A stretch of 63,336 nucleotides of DNA, filler included, from Choristocarpus tenellus KU-1152 (lineage: Eukaryota; Protista; Phaeophyceae), in NCBI GenBank assembly GCA_964200185.2. It is 11 parts of 11 records of this genome, joined end to end, with 100 filler letters (N's around TTAATTAATTAA, not from the genome) between each part and the next. Parts side by side here need not be neighbours in the genome. Positions count along the whole stretch, not along the records: positions 25,486 to 32,232 come from CAXNAD020007437.1; positions 32,333 to 36,784 come from CAXNAD020014485.1; positions 36,885 to 44,721 come from CAXNAD020005508.1; 8 more parts are not named here. One strand, 5' to 3'. Under the pieces are notes generated by a model. That model worked only from the letters and a program-made list of their open reading frames with translations, was not told where the DNA came from and did no database searches. Made by a program: the position numbers and the translations under genes. This document shows positions 27,038 to 40,600 of this stretch, piece after piece; positions within the stretch are counted from its first letter, which is position 1; the number at the start of each line of letters is the position of its first letter.

Positions 27038-27216
27038 GGGTCAAAGTATCTGGGGGGAGGGGCGGCTGTCCATTTGGGGATAATTTTTTCATGTCACGAT
27101 TTTTGGGTGATTTGGTTCCATATGTTGGATGGATAATGAAAGAGCACTTTTCCTGGTTTTGGTCAAAATGGACACTCTGGTGTAGACCCCCGCCCCCCCC
27201 CCAGATACTTTGGGCC
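27038..27216 (+). mobile_element. MITE family B, full length (179 bp)
   Basis: gggtcaaagtatctgggggg...ccccccagatactttgggcc; ACCT 4-bp TSD. Confidence 0.94.
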
Positions 27217-27283
27217 ACCTTTCAGTCATGACTACTTATTAATGACAAAGAACACTCAAGTCACATGTTTGAAAATGTGTTAA

Positions 27284-30200
27284 TTATAAGACGATCCGAT
27301 TTGTTGCCATCATTGCTTTTCCTGCTGCGTTTTTAATCTCTTGAGTATTTCGTCTACATTGATGGGAAGGGCGATAAAGCTCGTGCCTGCCACCGCTTGT
27401 AACTCTAGAGCAGTCACTGTTTGGTGATCTGCTCAGGTAGAGATGTTTGTGCTATTGAGGGTGGAGGGAAAACTTCAACTAAAACTTCAACTGCGCATGT
27501 CTCCAAAAATTATACAGCAGTGACTGGACTCACTTGATCTTTCCTCTCAGTAGGAATTCTGGTGTCCTCTCCTTGGTGCTCTTGCCCTTCCTCCAACCCC
27601 CCCAACATCCTGTGTCCCTGATCAAGTTCTCCTCCACATTGTGTTGCACTCGGGACTGAAGCTTTCCCTCTAGAAAGGGATGAAACGTTAGCTCCTCGGC
27701 CTCGGTCTCCTCCAATCCCCTTGCCATAGCCTGTGATCGTGTTGCTCGCTCCTGCTGCCAGGCCTGGTGCCGCTGTATCATGTCTGGAATAAGATCACCT
27801 CTATACCTGTGTGGATGACACGTGAATTGATATTTCAAGGAAGAGCATGCATCCCAGGCACAGGATGGGTGAACAGAGGTTGAACCCGGTCCAGCAACTT
27901 GAAGGAAGCTTGCAAGATCTTTCAATTGTGCAGGGGGGAAGCATACTTAGAGATGGGAAGTAGGTCGCTTCCATTTAAACATATGGGTCAATATACGTAA
28001 CTTCTAGTAAAATGTGGCAGCTCCTAGGGAATAATCTCTAACTACTCCTTGATACTGTGATCTTAGCATTAACACTCTACCTTCCATGCAGCAGCCGATT
28101 TGAGGTTTCCAGGGCCTCAAGCTTTGGCTTGAAGGTATTCCCAAGATCCCTCACCTCCACCTTCGCAGGTGTGGGGGCTTTGGTGATGGGGACCGGACAG
28201 ATTGAACCGTCCCTCAGTGTCATCCACCAATCAGATTCAAGTCCAGTTATCACTTCGTTCTTCTTCTTCATTCTTGCCTTAGCTTGATGTAGCAGTCGCT
28301 TGGAATGTCGGTTTACCATGCTACCCTCAGACAAGGCAACTTCCCAGTGTGCACGCCTTAGTTTCCTTTCTTCCCTCCTTTGCCTGTAACTCTCACCCTC
28401 TCTCAAAAGCATGTCTTCCACAATGTCCCTACCATGGCCATTGGCACTACAATAGCCACTCCTAGTGGAAAGCGTTCCCTGCAAACCCCTCCTCCTTAAG
28501 GCCAAGGAAACACTTCGTTGACATATTTTGGGGCGAAACGTAGAGTCATGTATAAGCCTCTGTGCCAGGCAATCATCTCTCTCCCGCAACTTTTGTCGAC
28601 CTTGGACAGCCATCAAATACAGACGGTCTCCAATGTCACCATCTGATTGGATGAGATGCCGCGATCGAGTGTTTACTTTGGGGTTGGATCTTTGGCGAGC
28701 TGCACGGCAAGCACGCTCATGGCGGTCCTTCTTTCGGCGGCTTTGCTCAAGGGCATCACGATGCAGTCGTTTGGAGGGATCCATTTCACTTGGATGAAGG
28801 CCATCTCTCCTTCGCATGCGCTCCACTATCTTAGCAGAGCGAGCACAGGCCTCCTGAAATATGGAGGCTAATGATTTTGTGAGGGGCACCAGGTAGATAG
28901 ATGTAGATGTATGTAGTGTATTGTATAAGATGTAGGAATGAATGGTAGACTAGCTTCTCAACCTTTTTGTGTGCTTCCCAAACGTTGTGTGTGTGTGTGT
29001 GTGTGTGTGTTTGTCTGTGTCTGTGTCTGTGCCTGTGCCTGTGTGTGCATTCGTATCCTAGCCAAGGTGGAGAATTGCGTGCCTTGAAATGTGTCTATTT
29101 TGTCGAGATAGTTGAGAAAAAAATGAAGCAGAGATGCAACTCTAACGAAGAAGGTGTCGAAATCCTGCCAACGTTCATGTGTGTGTGCTAAACCTCTCAC
29201 CGGTTTCTTGGTTGACTGCTTCTCTTCCCAGTCATACACTTGGTCCTGTCTTCTCCGGCGGTTTTCCTCAACAAAGAGCTTGAACTTGAATAGGTCACTG
29301 ACACTGCGGTGCATTTTTTGCCCTTGAAGGGTAATCATTGGACTACCTGTGACCTCCCTGTCAATTCTTTCTTTAGCTTCCTCATTCCTCCTCTTGATTC
29401 CTGCCTTTCGATGGTTCTCCTCTCTGTCTAGTCGCCTGTGCAGCGTAACGTGTCGTTGCCCATTTCGCGCCAAGGTGCGTTTGGAAGCAAAATTTAAGTC
29501 GGATGAAGGAGTCAGGCTCACACCCTCCTTGTCATAACGCTCTCCCAGTAAATATTTCTTGTTGTCATTACACCTCGTACCCTTCCTTTGCAACCAGTCT
29601 TCAACACACATCACAGGGGACGAGAGAAATGATTCCATGAGGGTTGTGTTGTGTACATTCACTGTTGAGGTTTGGTTTTCGGATGGTGATATCACTGTTC
29701 TGAGGGCACGTGCCTCAACTTCTTTTGTCCCTCTCAGTTCTCCCTCCTTGTTGCAGCTGCAAGAGCTCTGTCCACTACTCTCCTTGCAGGATTGGCAAAG
29801 TGAGGGGCTCTCTGGCTCACTGTCATCCAGCCCGTTACTAAAGCACATTGGCTCTGGTCTCCACCCAATTACTCTATCTCCTGTGTGTTGGCAATGAGTA
29901 TGTACGGGCTTGACCTGGTCTGTCCCCCTGGTCACTGCACCAAACCATCTCTCTTTCCGGGACTGCGATGTGAACCCTAATTTTGCTCCATCGTGTCTGC
30001 CCATCCTTGTATCTATTGTGTTTGAGTTTGGTACCTCATGAACATGGACCTCATCGGCACTACTTCTGGATAGAGCACTCTCCTCTGACGTTTCACAGAG
30101 CATCCCGCCCCAGCTTCTTGAAGATGATCCACTGACTGAGGTAGTACTTTTGGAGTTGGAGACAGTCGTGCCACAGCTTTCATTCTCTTGGCTTGTCAAA

Positions 30201-30424
30201 CTGGAGTGGGACACGACACGAATATCTTTCCCACGGGGAACAAGCCAAGTTGTCTCTTGAGTATTCAGGTTATAGAAGTAGTGCCGCCCATACTCCTTGG
30301 CAAATATGGCGTGCCAGGTCTGGGAAGTGGGGCAACTCAACGAGGGAGGTACCATCGGTGGAGGGGGAGGCGGCGATGGGTTCTCTATACAGGCGAAACA
30401 CTGACTGCTGGTGTTCCTTGCCAT
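27284..30424 (-). CDS. WW-domain protein with TFxP-like repeats, 4 exons, ~804 aa
   Basis: Exons 30424-29201, 28853-28081, 27806-27534 and 27428-27284 have GT-AG boundaries, sum to 2415 nt and read ATG to TAA without internal stops. WW domain WHAIFAKEYGRHYFYNLNTQETTWLVP. Confidence 0.8.
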
Positions 30425-30776
30425 ATCCTTTTTGAGTAAGTTTTGAGCTAGGTAAGACTTTTTGAGATATCCAAATCCGAGGCTTTTAAGACTTAGAGAT
30501 CAGAGATCACATATATCACAGTATTAACAGAAGAAAGTCCCTGAAGTGAGGTGTAATCGTGGTTGGATGTTGGATGTTATAATGTCGTCTATCAAAATAG
30601 ACACGAAATATGGGAAAATGGCAGTTTCACGAAGAACATAAAATTCTGATGTGGGGAGAAGACCCTAACCCTGGACAAGAAACCTACTTAGTAGTGGGCT
30701 ATAATTGAGTTCGTCTTGTCTAGAACGTGGACGTTTGGGAGGTATCCAAGGCGGGGACTTGCTTTCACAGTGAAAT
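30425..30776. promoter_or_regulatory. Putative bidirectional promoter
   Basis: 352 bp between the divergent ATGs of the WW gene and COX5B; contains a telo-box-like accctaaccct near 30662. Function is inferred from geometry only. Confidence 0.5.
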
Positions 30777-31136
30777 ATGTTGTCTTCCATAGTAAGAAGT
30801 GTGGGTGTTGCTGCTCGTGGAGCAAGGCCGCAAACTCCTGCACTGCTGCAGGTATGGCGGGGAATGTGTATCGATGGGAAAATCCCTGAAGGCCACGCAG
30901 TGGGACGTCAAAAGCAGGAACAAGAGAAAAGCCCCTTTAACCGCGACCCCATTTTTCCTCCTAAAGGATCAGGAACCAAGAACATGCCCATCGAAGTTCC
31001 ATCTCAGCACGATGAGCGGGTGGTGGGATTCGAGCACCCAGAAACCCATGTTCTTCTCTGGTTTAACATGAAGGCGGGGAAGGTGCACTATGTTTCTGAG
31101 ATCGATAAGTACTTCAAGCTTGTTCCCAATGCCTAG
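30777..31136 (+). CDS. COX5B: Cytochrome c oxidase subunit 5B (Vb), mitochondrial precursor, intronless
   Basis: Arg/Ser-rich acid-free presequence, then GTKNMPIEVPSQHDERVVG...HVLLWF...G...YFKL, matching the COX5B pattern GT-x-x-x-PI-x-VPS-x-x-x-x-RIVG...WF...FKL. Confidence 0.85.
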   Translation: MLSSIVRSVGVAARGARPQTPALLQVWRGMCIDGKIPEGHAVGRQKQEQEKSPFNRDPIFPPKGSGTKNMPIEVPSQHDERVVGFEHPETHVLLWFNMKAGKVHYVSEIDKYFKLVPNA

Positions 31137-32332
31137 TGTATGCATACACTGGGGTGAGATTGCGGGGCCAGTGAAAGTGAGCCTCATCCACATTCACTGC
31201 CGCTGGCTCTGGTTTATGCCTGGTCCAATATAGGGTGGTAAGAAGGACGACGGTGGGAAAATACTATGCACGAGCTGATCTAAATGCAGATGCCTACCTA
31301 TGGAATGATGTTTGGGACTTGGAAAGGATTAGGAGCGCACAAGGAAGTGGAGATCCTTGGGTCCTTGGAAGAGAATCCCCTTCGATATGCCCGTCAGATG
31401 ATGTTTGGGGTGGGTTGATCGGGAAGATCTTATATTCTTGCTGTTTTGGACTCTTGTTTGCACGGGGGGGAGGATAAACCAGGTGGCTTCTCTCTGTTTT
31501 TATTCATTTTCTCCCCAAGGTTTGTTCAGCTTTGTTCCCCAATGCATGTCTACGCACTAGTGTGCGTGTCTATTCTTGAGAGTTTATTGTTTGGAGGCTC
31601 TGTCCAGATGGTTTTCCTGAAGCATTTCGTTCTTGGAGGGAGGAAAGCTTAAACAAAGGGGAAGGAACTTGTAGTTCAGTGAATGTTTGGGATTTGGCAT
31701 TGCGTGGGGAATTCTTACGGTGACTGCGTGCACATTTTCAGAATGGAATGTACTCGTAATGAGCTTTCAAGATTCATGCAATATCCATTTACCAGCCTTT
31801 GAGTCACATAATATTTATAATCTCTTTTTTTTTTAAGGGATATTTGCTAAACCTACATTACCACCTTCAGTCTCTTTTTACACATGATGCCACCAACACT
31901 GGATACATCTTCCTAATTAGTTTTCACCATCACACGACCCAAAAACGTCAAAAACACACCAGTCCTGTTATTTCAAAGAGCAGTGCCCACCCCTGCAACC
32001 ATTGCCACTAGCCCATAGACAGTCATAAACATAGGGAGATAAAATTCACGCAGTCCTAATAGTCGCCCCAAGAGGTTTGGATCAAAACTTGATGATTCAC
32101 TTCTCCATGATGCCAATGCCTGTCTCAGCTCAGTTCTATGGGTTTGTATGTAGAGCATGGCAGGTAGGACGTATCCAGTCACCTGATGAACAAACGATCG
32201 TGAGACAAAATTTGCAATGTAATCAGGGGGGGNNNNNNNNNNNNNNNNNNNNNNNNNNNNNNNNNNNNNNNNNNNNTTAATTAATTAANNNNNNNNNNNN
32301 NNNNNNNNNNNNNNNNNNNNNNNNNNNNNNNN

Positions 32333-32554
32333 TGGGGGCCAAAATCCAATGTTGCGATTTTGATGGAATTTTGGCCATCGTGTTTGTTACGAAGTGTCAA
32401 TATCCATGTTCTGGACACACCTTTTCATAACGTATATACATTTTACCTACTCCGAAACACTTTGGAGTAGGAAAATGTAATAAAAAAAAACAGGAAGCCA
32501 AGCTCCAAATGGACAAACAGGGCAAAATTCACACCCTCTAAGATACTTTCACTC
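32333..32554 (+). mobile_element. MITE family A, truncated by contig start
   Basis: Family A interior plus right TIR accctctaagatactttcactc. Confidence 0.92.
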
Positions 32555-33652
32555 TCTCTCACTTAGAGTAATCTTGTCTTAGAGGGTAGTGTTTTTCAGT
32601 AGTTAGGCCCCCTGTGACTGTTTTCTAGAGCATGTAGAATGTGCTACTGGCAGTAGGGATAGTGATTTGTTGCTCATGTGGACGAAAGTTTGTCTCCTCT
32701 TCTTCTGGAGTTACAACAAACTGTTGATGATGGGGCGGTCTGCTCCAATTTAGGCATGGGAAATAGGGTGTCCGGCATGAAAAGGTTTAAGATGCCCATG
32801 CTACTCAGGACCTACATATTAAAGAGACCCACCTGTAAGATGGGATGAGTCTTACTCATAGTTTAGCGGTAGTAGTGTGCTTAAAATGACTGGAAAAAAT
32901 GTCAACAACAACAACAAACAGTTGTCATGGTGAGGTCAAACAATTTGTACTACTCTAAAACGACATCAAGAAAGAGCATGGTTACAGAATCAACAACGTA
33001 CTTTGTCGTAGTACATACGATTATTTTTTTGACAAGGAGAAAACATATCGTGAACTACTCCTGGTGCACAGGGTATTGTTGTGTCTGTTGGTAGTGGAGG
33101 TGGTAGTAGTAGTATATAATATGCGGAGATAAAGTCCCTGTCTGTCCCTTCAGTCTCGAAGTTAGGAATTTTCACTTCTTGTTTTGGATGTTTCCTCACG
33201 AATACGAAGACTCTCCCAGTAATGTATGGCTGAAATTGAAGCTGTAGATATACTTATTTGGAAGGGATTTTTGGTTTTCGTATATTTTTTTCCTAAATAG
33301 TTCTGAATCTGTTCTGAGAAGCGGGACCAAAAAACGGTTCTGTTCGACCCCATTTTCAGTGATACGTTCGCTAGACTACGGGTACGACAACCCCATCGTC
33401 ACAAAACATCCCAGCACCTCGTCAAGAGCCCTGCGAATATCACTTACCCTCTATACCTTCTGCAACGTGAGTCCCGTAGTCAATGCGACCACTCCAGGGA
33501 GTCCGCGTTCTTTCGTCAGGCACCCATTACCCAGGGTAAAAATTGTGACCTGAGCGAGGAAGGTCGAAACGCGCTGGACGTACGCTACCCTTTAGCGCTA
33601 TCTGAAACGGCCTCCGAAAGGGTGGGCCGGGGAATAAAGGGTGGGCTCCACC

Positions 33653-34236
33653 AAAGTACAGCGCAAGGGTCATGTTCCTATGGTGATATTCATCTGCGTC
33701 ATTTCGCGCCCAGATCCTTTCTGTGATTTCGACAACAAGGTGGGAATCTGGCATGTTTAACTCATCAAGCAAGCGCAGAGAAATTCGGTCTGCCACAAGA
33801 GGGGGCAGCACTACGACTTCCATGTGACCATCGATGCCGACTGGTATACGGAGTGGTACGTGAAGACCTTTCTCCCCGCATTGAAGGAAAGATGCCGTGG
33901 TTGAAGTGTGAGGAGGTGGTCGCGCAGAAGGATGTAGCAACCTCCCATACAGGAAAAGACACCCGGCGGAAGCTCAACGAAGCTGGGAGGAGGAGGGCTG
34001 TAACGTCAAGTTCGTAACGACCACCTGCGCAGTCACCTGATCTCAATATCAACGATTTGGGGTTCTTTGCATCCCTAGAAAGTAGACTTTGGAGGGAGCG
34101 TTACGGTCCCATAGATGACCTTGTCAAGGGGATAAAGAGCACGTACTGCGTGTACGACACAGGTAGTTTAGAGTGGGTGTGGCAGAGCCTCTTTAAGTGG
34201 TACAATCAAGTAAGTATTGAAGGCGCTAGGGGTTAA
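33653..34236 (+). pseudogene. Plant-type mariner (DD39D-like) transposase remnant
   Basis: Read across frameshifts: HVPMVIFICVISRP, FDNKVGIWHV, AQRNS, FLPALKE/KMPW, QKDVATSH, PAQSPDLNINDLGFFASL, IDDLVKGI, VWQSL. These match the canonical KVMFLxAVARP, FDGKIGIWPF, QQDNAxPH and PPNSPDLNVLDLGFF motifs. Confidence 0.9.
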
Positions 34237-34629
34237 CGATTTCGCGGCACAGCACACTAGAACTTAGAAAAGGCGGTGAGGGAAGTCTGCCAAAATCGGT
34301 CAGAATCGACAGAGGGACTTTCGACGTGGCAGTAGATTGATAGATTGATGGTTACGAGGAAAGCGACGAAAAATGGCTTTCACGTAAAAATTATCAAGGA
34401 ATCCAACGCAAGATCATTTTTTTTCATCGGAACCCATCTCGAGAAGTTACACACTTAACGTCCCTTGGGTGCGTGCGCCATTCTTCCACTCACTATGGTG
34501 CTGCACAAGGTGCACCCAGAGGTGGCGTTGCTCCTCATCATCCACCCACATATATATAAATGTTATGGTCTAAACCCCTAGTTGCCAGGCCCAAGCATTT
34601 TGTAACTCGAGGTACTCGCTCCTAGCAAT

Positions 34630-34691
34630 AACAGGGGATTTCAAAAATTGAGGATGAAAAGCTCCATCCTCAATTTTTGAAATCCCCTGTT
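34630..34691. mobile_element. 62-bp family D micro-element (two perfect 27-bp TIRs plus 8-bp spacer)
   Basis: aacaggggatttcaaaaattgaggatg-aaaagctc-catcctcaatttttgaaatcccctgtt; CAAT on both sides. Confidence 0.9.
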
Positions 34692-36704
34692 CAATCGGCC
34701 TGTCCTACACCATCCTGTTAAAGAGATTAGCATAGTAAACGCAGTTTCATGTTTTGAAGGAGCCAAGAGGTTTCGCCTTGAACCCCAGCAAGTTGACCAT
34801 CACTCCTGATGCACAACGCTTTAAAATCCCAAACCTCTCCATGCCCTAAACTTACACATTGTTTTGATGACACTGGCGGGAATCCATCCTTCTACCACTA
34901 CTGCAGCTTCAGTCAACTGGTCAAGGAAAGTTTTCGCTCCTTTCTTTGTTGCGTGTGGCAGGGTGTCTGGGGACTTGAACAGTATTGTCACGCAATAATA
35001 GAATTGTTGGTGATGGTGGAACTATTTTAGACTGTGTTGCTTGTTGATTGGTTGTACTGAAGAGGTGTTGCTTTAGGCTAGGAATAGGACACGATTATAT
35101 TAAGGGTTTGACTGGCATGTTTCTTCTATAGTCTTTTCCCTTCATCCCAGCGCTGCAAGGCAAACCTCCCAATTTTCTAAGACAAATATTAGTTAATTTA
35201 TTAACATACTGCCAGAGGAAGCTGGGGGCTGGTTCACTTGTCAGCAACAATTTAATTGGGGTTTCAGTTCTAGTCAGCAGTACGGTATGACTAAGAAAAA
35301 AATTCTGTAGGTGGTGAAAGTGGATTATTTTACTGTCATGGTCCGTAGATGTGTATCGTTGTATGATTCCTCAGAATATTGTCGATAGCCTGCCCACCCA
35401 TTGTATGTACACTTCAACCTTTCGGCAGATACCATTTCGTTGAAAGTGATGATTTTACTACACGAATCTCTAGTAGCTTGCATATAATTGAAGTTTAGAA
35501 CAGTTTGGGTGGTGCTAGGAGCACTGAAAATTATCTCGCCAGAGGATGGATGATTCTTGCCATGTATTACTGCTCGTAACATGTATGACACCTTTACAAG
35601 TATACCACAACCGAAAGATATGGTTGTGCTATATATTACTCACTTTTCTTATTCAATAGAAAGTAGTTGTAAAACTGCAAAACACTACTTACCTACTACT
35701 GCCAATTTCTATCCTCAGATTGTGAAAGCTGGTATGTAAGGAAATTTAAATTCAGAGAATGAATTCACACACACGCTGTCTACTCTCTGTTTTACGGCAG
35801 GTCAGTTGAAGGGTAGATAAGATCCACCACTGACATGTAGTAATAGAGAGCTGATGAGCACTTCATTATAATTAATTTGCCTTGCCTATATGAACCAGAT
35901 AGTGCTGTAATGAGAATATTTTAAAGTTTACGAAAGTTGATAATGCCACATACAGGCCACACTTTTGGTCTTCCACCAAATGCCATGTATCGACCACTTG
36001 TAATTATTGCTCCCTCTCACAGCCATAGCCAGTAAGAGAAAATGGGGTAGTAGTTTATGGTGACTGAGGAAAAATGAAGGGATAGTAGATGCTGTAGTAA
36101 ATACTTGCAAGCAAGTCGGTGCAAGCTTGGCACAAACAAAATAAACTTGTTTATTACACAAGAAATATACTCCCCCCCATAGATACCAACAAACTCCCGG
36201 CACAAACATAATAAAACGGCTTATTACAAAAGGATTGTGCCTTCCTAACAAAAAACACCATGTTCTTCCTTCTCCTCCCTACTTAAGAAAAAAACCCAAT
36301 CAGAGAAATCAGAGTGAGAGCCGCCTTTTGCAGTGTGGATAGGGCAATAGTATGCCTGTCCTAGCCCGTCACACTCACTGTTGCCAGTCTATACCCTACT
36401 GGGCTAGAGAGAAGCCGGTATGTAGTGCATGAGAGTTTGTATGACTTTTATTGCAAGAGGACGTATGAGGACTAAAACAATACACCAACAAAAAAGTATC
36501 ACAAAATATGCGCAAGACACTTGCTCACCTAATTTTCACTTCCAACTCTTGGCACCATCTATATTACCTGCACACACTGACATACAGCAGCACTTAAAAA
36601 AAAAATAATAGCCTCCCCATTGCGATTGCACATGACTCCAAATGCATGCTCACCCACAAATAAACGCCATCAATGATCCGGAGACCCCATGCGGCCTCCC
36701 CCCC

Positions 36705-36735
<31 letters not shown>

Positions 36736-37642
36736 GAACAAAGCAAACAAAAAAAAAACGAAACCAGCAGGGGCGGCCGCCAAANNNNNNNNNNNNNNNN
36801 NNNNNNNNNNNNNNNNNNNNNNNNNNNNTTAATTAATTAANNNNNNNNNNNNNNNNNNNNNNNNNNNNNNNNNNNNNNNNNNNNCCCCCCCAGATACTTT
36901 GGGTCGTACTCAAGAATAATTTAGGGGAAATCTTCTCCCTCTCCCTTGAGGTGTTTGCAACATTCATGCCCACATCACATCTGTAGTGGGACAGTTGTAG
37001 ATTTCACATATACACAGAAATAGCGTTTCTAGCACAATCATTGAAGTAATGTGGAATGCTATTTTGTTCTAAGAATTGAAGGTACAACGGCAGTATAATA
37101 TCCTTTTCATGAGATTGATATGTATATAGATGCTCATCATAGTGAAGGAGAAAAGATAAGATGAATCGAATCCAAATCAACTATCAGCATATGTTAGGTC
37201 ACCAGATCGAAGGAAGTTAACGTCGTTCAGAAATTATTCTTCAAGCATATCTTTTCTGACTCTCGATGACCTATAGTCACACTAAATATTAAATAGCAGC
37301 AGTCAAAAATCTAGAGAATTTTCATTGATGCCACAGAGGCAACTTTGAAAAAGGACTTAAACTATCAGCTGCACCGTGTCTGTGCACTCATGCTGAATGT
37401 TGTCATGTGATCGAATACCCTCAACTCTGGTGCTGGGTGATAGTTGCATGTGTTTCAGAGTGCAGTTTGAGGAACTTGAATATCTACTTAGGGTTAGATG
37501 ATACACACACTTCTAATTTCAGACAAATACCAGTCAACTGACTCGACGTGAATACCTGACGTAGAGCATGGAATCAATCCATTGAAAGTGTTTCACCTTG
37601 TGAACATCCAGTTGTTCTCTAATATTCTTTCTGTAGTCTCAC

Positions 37643-40600
37643 CAGCAAGATTCTTCTTTGGACGCTTTCGGGTGACATAATACAATTTGTAGGCTATATC
37701 ACAGCCACTTGAGTTCACCAGGACCAAGGTCTTTGACTCTGAAGTGTTTACTGTTGTGATCACAGGAAGGCATCATGAGAACATTGGAAGAGTTAAGCTA
37801 TATCTCCAGGTTGCGTAGAAAGCACAAGCATGCTACAATTACAGTGAATGTTTAAAGCCACCCAATGAATGCAAAATACTGTGAGAAGGGCATGCTGATG
37901 GTGTAGCCACTGAAAAGTATTGGACAGGATGGACAAAATATATGCGACATACAGGATCTAGAGCTCCATATTTTTTTCCTCTGAATAAATCTCATTGGAC
38001 TTTGAGTACTTTGGGTACCAGCATGTGGAAATCATTGAAATACTGCCTGGTTTCAACTCATGCAAGAACGGACCACATTTTCTGTACTCACCCAAGCGTA
38101 CAGGAAAACAAAGAGCACGTGGCTCAAAGGAAATTGCACCCCCACCGCTGGGGCCAATAACAGTAAGGGTTACTCCAGGTCGAAAACCTGAATGTTCCAT
38201 GGAATCAATCTGACTCTCAACTGTTGGCAATGAATATGGTCCGACAATAGACCGAACCTGGTATCAATGGAGGAAACGTATATTTAATCACCCTGACCAA
38301 CAATAGCAGTAGTGGCATTTATATCTTGTCATTGAGAGAAGAATATTCTCCTAGAGAAAGATGGTAGACTGTAGAGCTCAAAATAGATAAATATATATAT
38401 AAAATGGTGCGACATGGCATCCTCCAAATTATATATATACATTATGCTATTCTCCGAATACTTATAAATATATCCTGAGAATCGGTAGATTGATATGGTA
38501 ATGTGTATCTAGGTAGAATGATGTCTCGATTGGTAGAGTAATGTCTTGTGTGTAATCAAGCAAGATTTTGTTGTCCCTCATTTGTCCCCACATGAGGTTT
38601 GTTGTTGGGGGAAGAACAACTATCCAGAAAAATGCTCGAGGAAAAAGGTAACAAGAAGGCACGGAGACCTGATTGTGTAAGCATATAATATGGTTTTCGA
38701 GAAAGAGTAGTTAGAAAGTCTATTGTATGTAAGTTTCATCTATCTATAATGAGGATACTATACGGGATCTGATACACTTTCAAAGTATAGGCTTAACCTA
38801 GAAAATATAATAGAGATACTCCAAAACATTGTGCATACATATACAACCTGATATTATGTATGATAGGTTCATCTTGTACTCCAGATGATCTTGCTGTTTG
38901 GCATGTTCTGTACATAAAACTGCGAATCTCATACTGATATTGTAAGTTGATAAAGTAAGCCCCTTTACCAACTGTGTGTGAAGCATTATCTGTGTTTTCC
39001 TTGCAAACACACTCACCATGATTGGAAGCCTGAAACGGTATGTCCTTCTGGATCTTGGTGCAAAGGTCATGTTGAGCCTCACCATCTGGTTACCTGGTAT
39101 CAAGCCAGCAAGTGGTTCCACTCCAAGAATGCCAGTGACTCCAACTGGTTGTTTGCAAAGAAATATGACTGGGATTCTTGAAGCATTAGTCACCTATGGG
39201 AATTGTTCAGGCATAGGCACAATATCCTCAGGAGTATTCATTTTCGTCTGGGGAGAGTGGAGTATCTAGATGGAAGGTCAGTATTAGTTGACAGTAAACA
39301 CATCCCCTCAAGCCTTCGAAGCAATTCAATATGATGTCATGATTGAATGTTTTTTGTGATTCGGTAAAGCATTATCTGTTTCTAATCACTTCAGTGTTTC
39401 TATAAAAAAATTGTCGTCTCTCTTTTCCATTTTTCACCCCTACTGTCCTACTACGTCAATTCTTCCAGGAGACATCTTTCCTATGGCAATAAGAAAAATG
39501 TACACGAGGGTGAAGGAATCACAGCACTGCTAATAAGATACGAAATGTTGAATCTTGCAAAGTATGACCCAGTGCTGATGGAAGATACTATGGAGGACTC
39601 GAGAAAATTGCCTAACCTTGGGTATTTCCTGAGACAATTTCAGATGTCACCATAGCAACAATGTGTCTGTGATGGTTCTCAGATCTCCTGTTTTGGGATA
39701 TGGAAATCTCCTACATATTCCCCTTCACCCAAAACACACACCCTATCCAATTTCAATTAAGATGTCCATGTTTCCTGACTTTTTCCACCAAAGATAAGGT
39801 GGATGTGAATCTATTGCCACTGAACATTTCTTCAACTACTCAAGTTCAAGCAGACCTTACCTAATGGAAAAACGGTGGCTGTATCTCAAAACGCTGTCCC
39901 AAGTTGTGTCACATCTAGTAATAAACATTTGGTGCAAAATTCAATTCAGTTACAAGACGTTGCTCTGACATCCACCATAACTTGGTGGATGAGAAAATAT
40001 ATATGTATATTTTTTACTATAGGGGATACGAATTTTTACAATTGCGATGCACTACAATAACCATAAGAGAAATAGGTAGGTTGAACTCCGATGCACCAAA
40101 AACGATATTGTGTCCCTGTAGCTCACCTCTACAGTGGCCGAGGTGACTATTCCAACACATGTTGGCTTGAGATAGACTGTTGATGAAGCACTATATCCTG
40201 CTTCAGTTTCCTTCCTAGATAGTTCTTCTGTTGACTTCCCTCCAACTCGTAGAGATGGCAGGGCCCCTTGACCAAGCAAATGTACCTCTTGGGTTGAGTT
40301 CTCATTATTGTTGAGAGTGCACACCAAGCGGTGGATGAATGAGCCAGTTTGAGATGGTGTGAAGGCCACCATTATGAGCTGACAAGGGAGCAAGGGATGG
40401 TCAGAGAGTGAAGAGAGACAATGTCCTCAAAATATTGCATTGCCAAATCAAAATGTTACACAATTTGGCAAGTGTCCTGCACCACATCTGCTCCAATTCA
40501 TTATTTTTCAAGTCCTGAGTAGTGCTGTGTCTGTCATGCCTATTCATATCACCTGAAAATCCCCTGCCGGAACAAGTCCAACTTCTGGTTTCACAGTATA

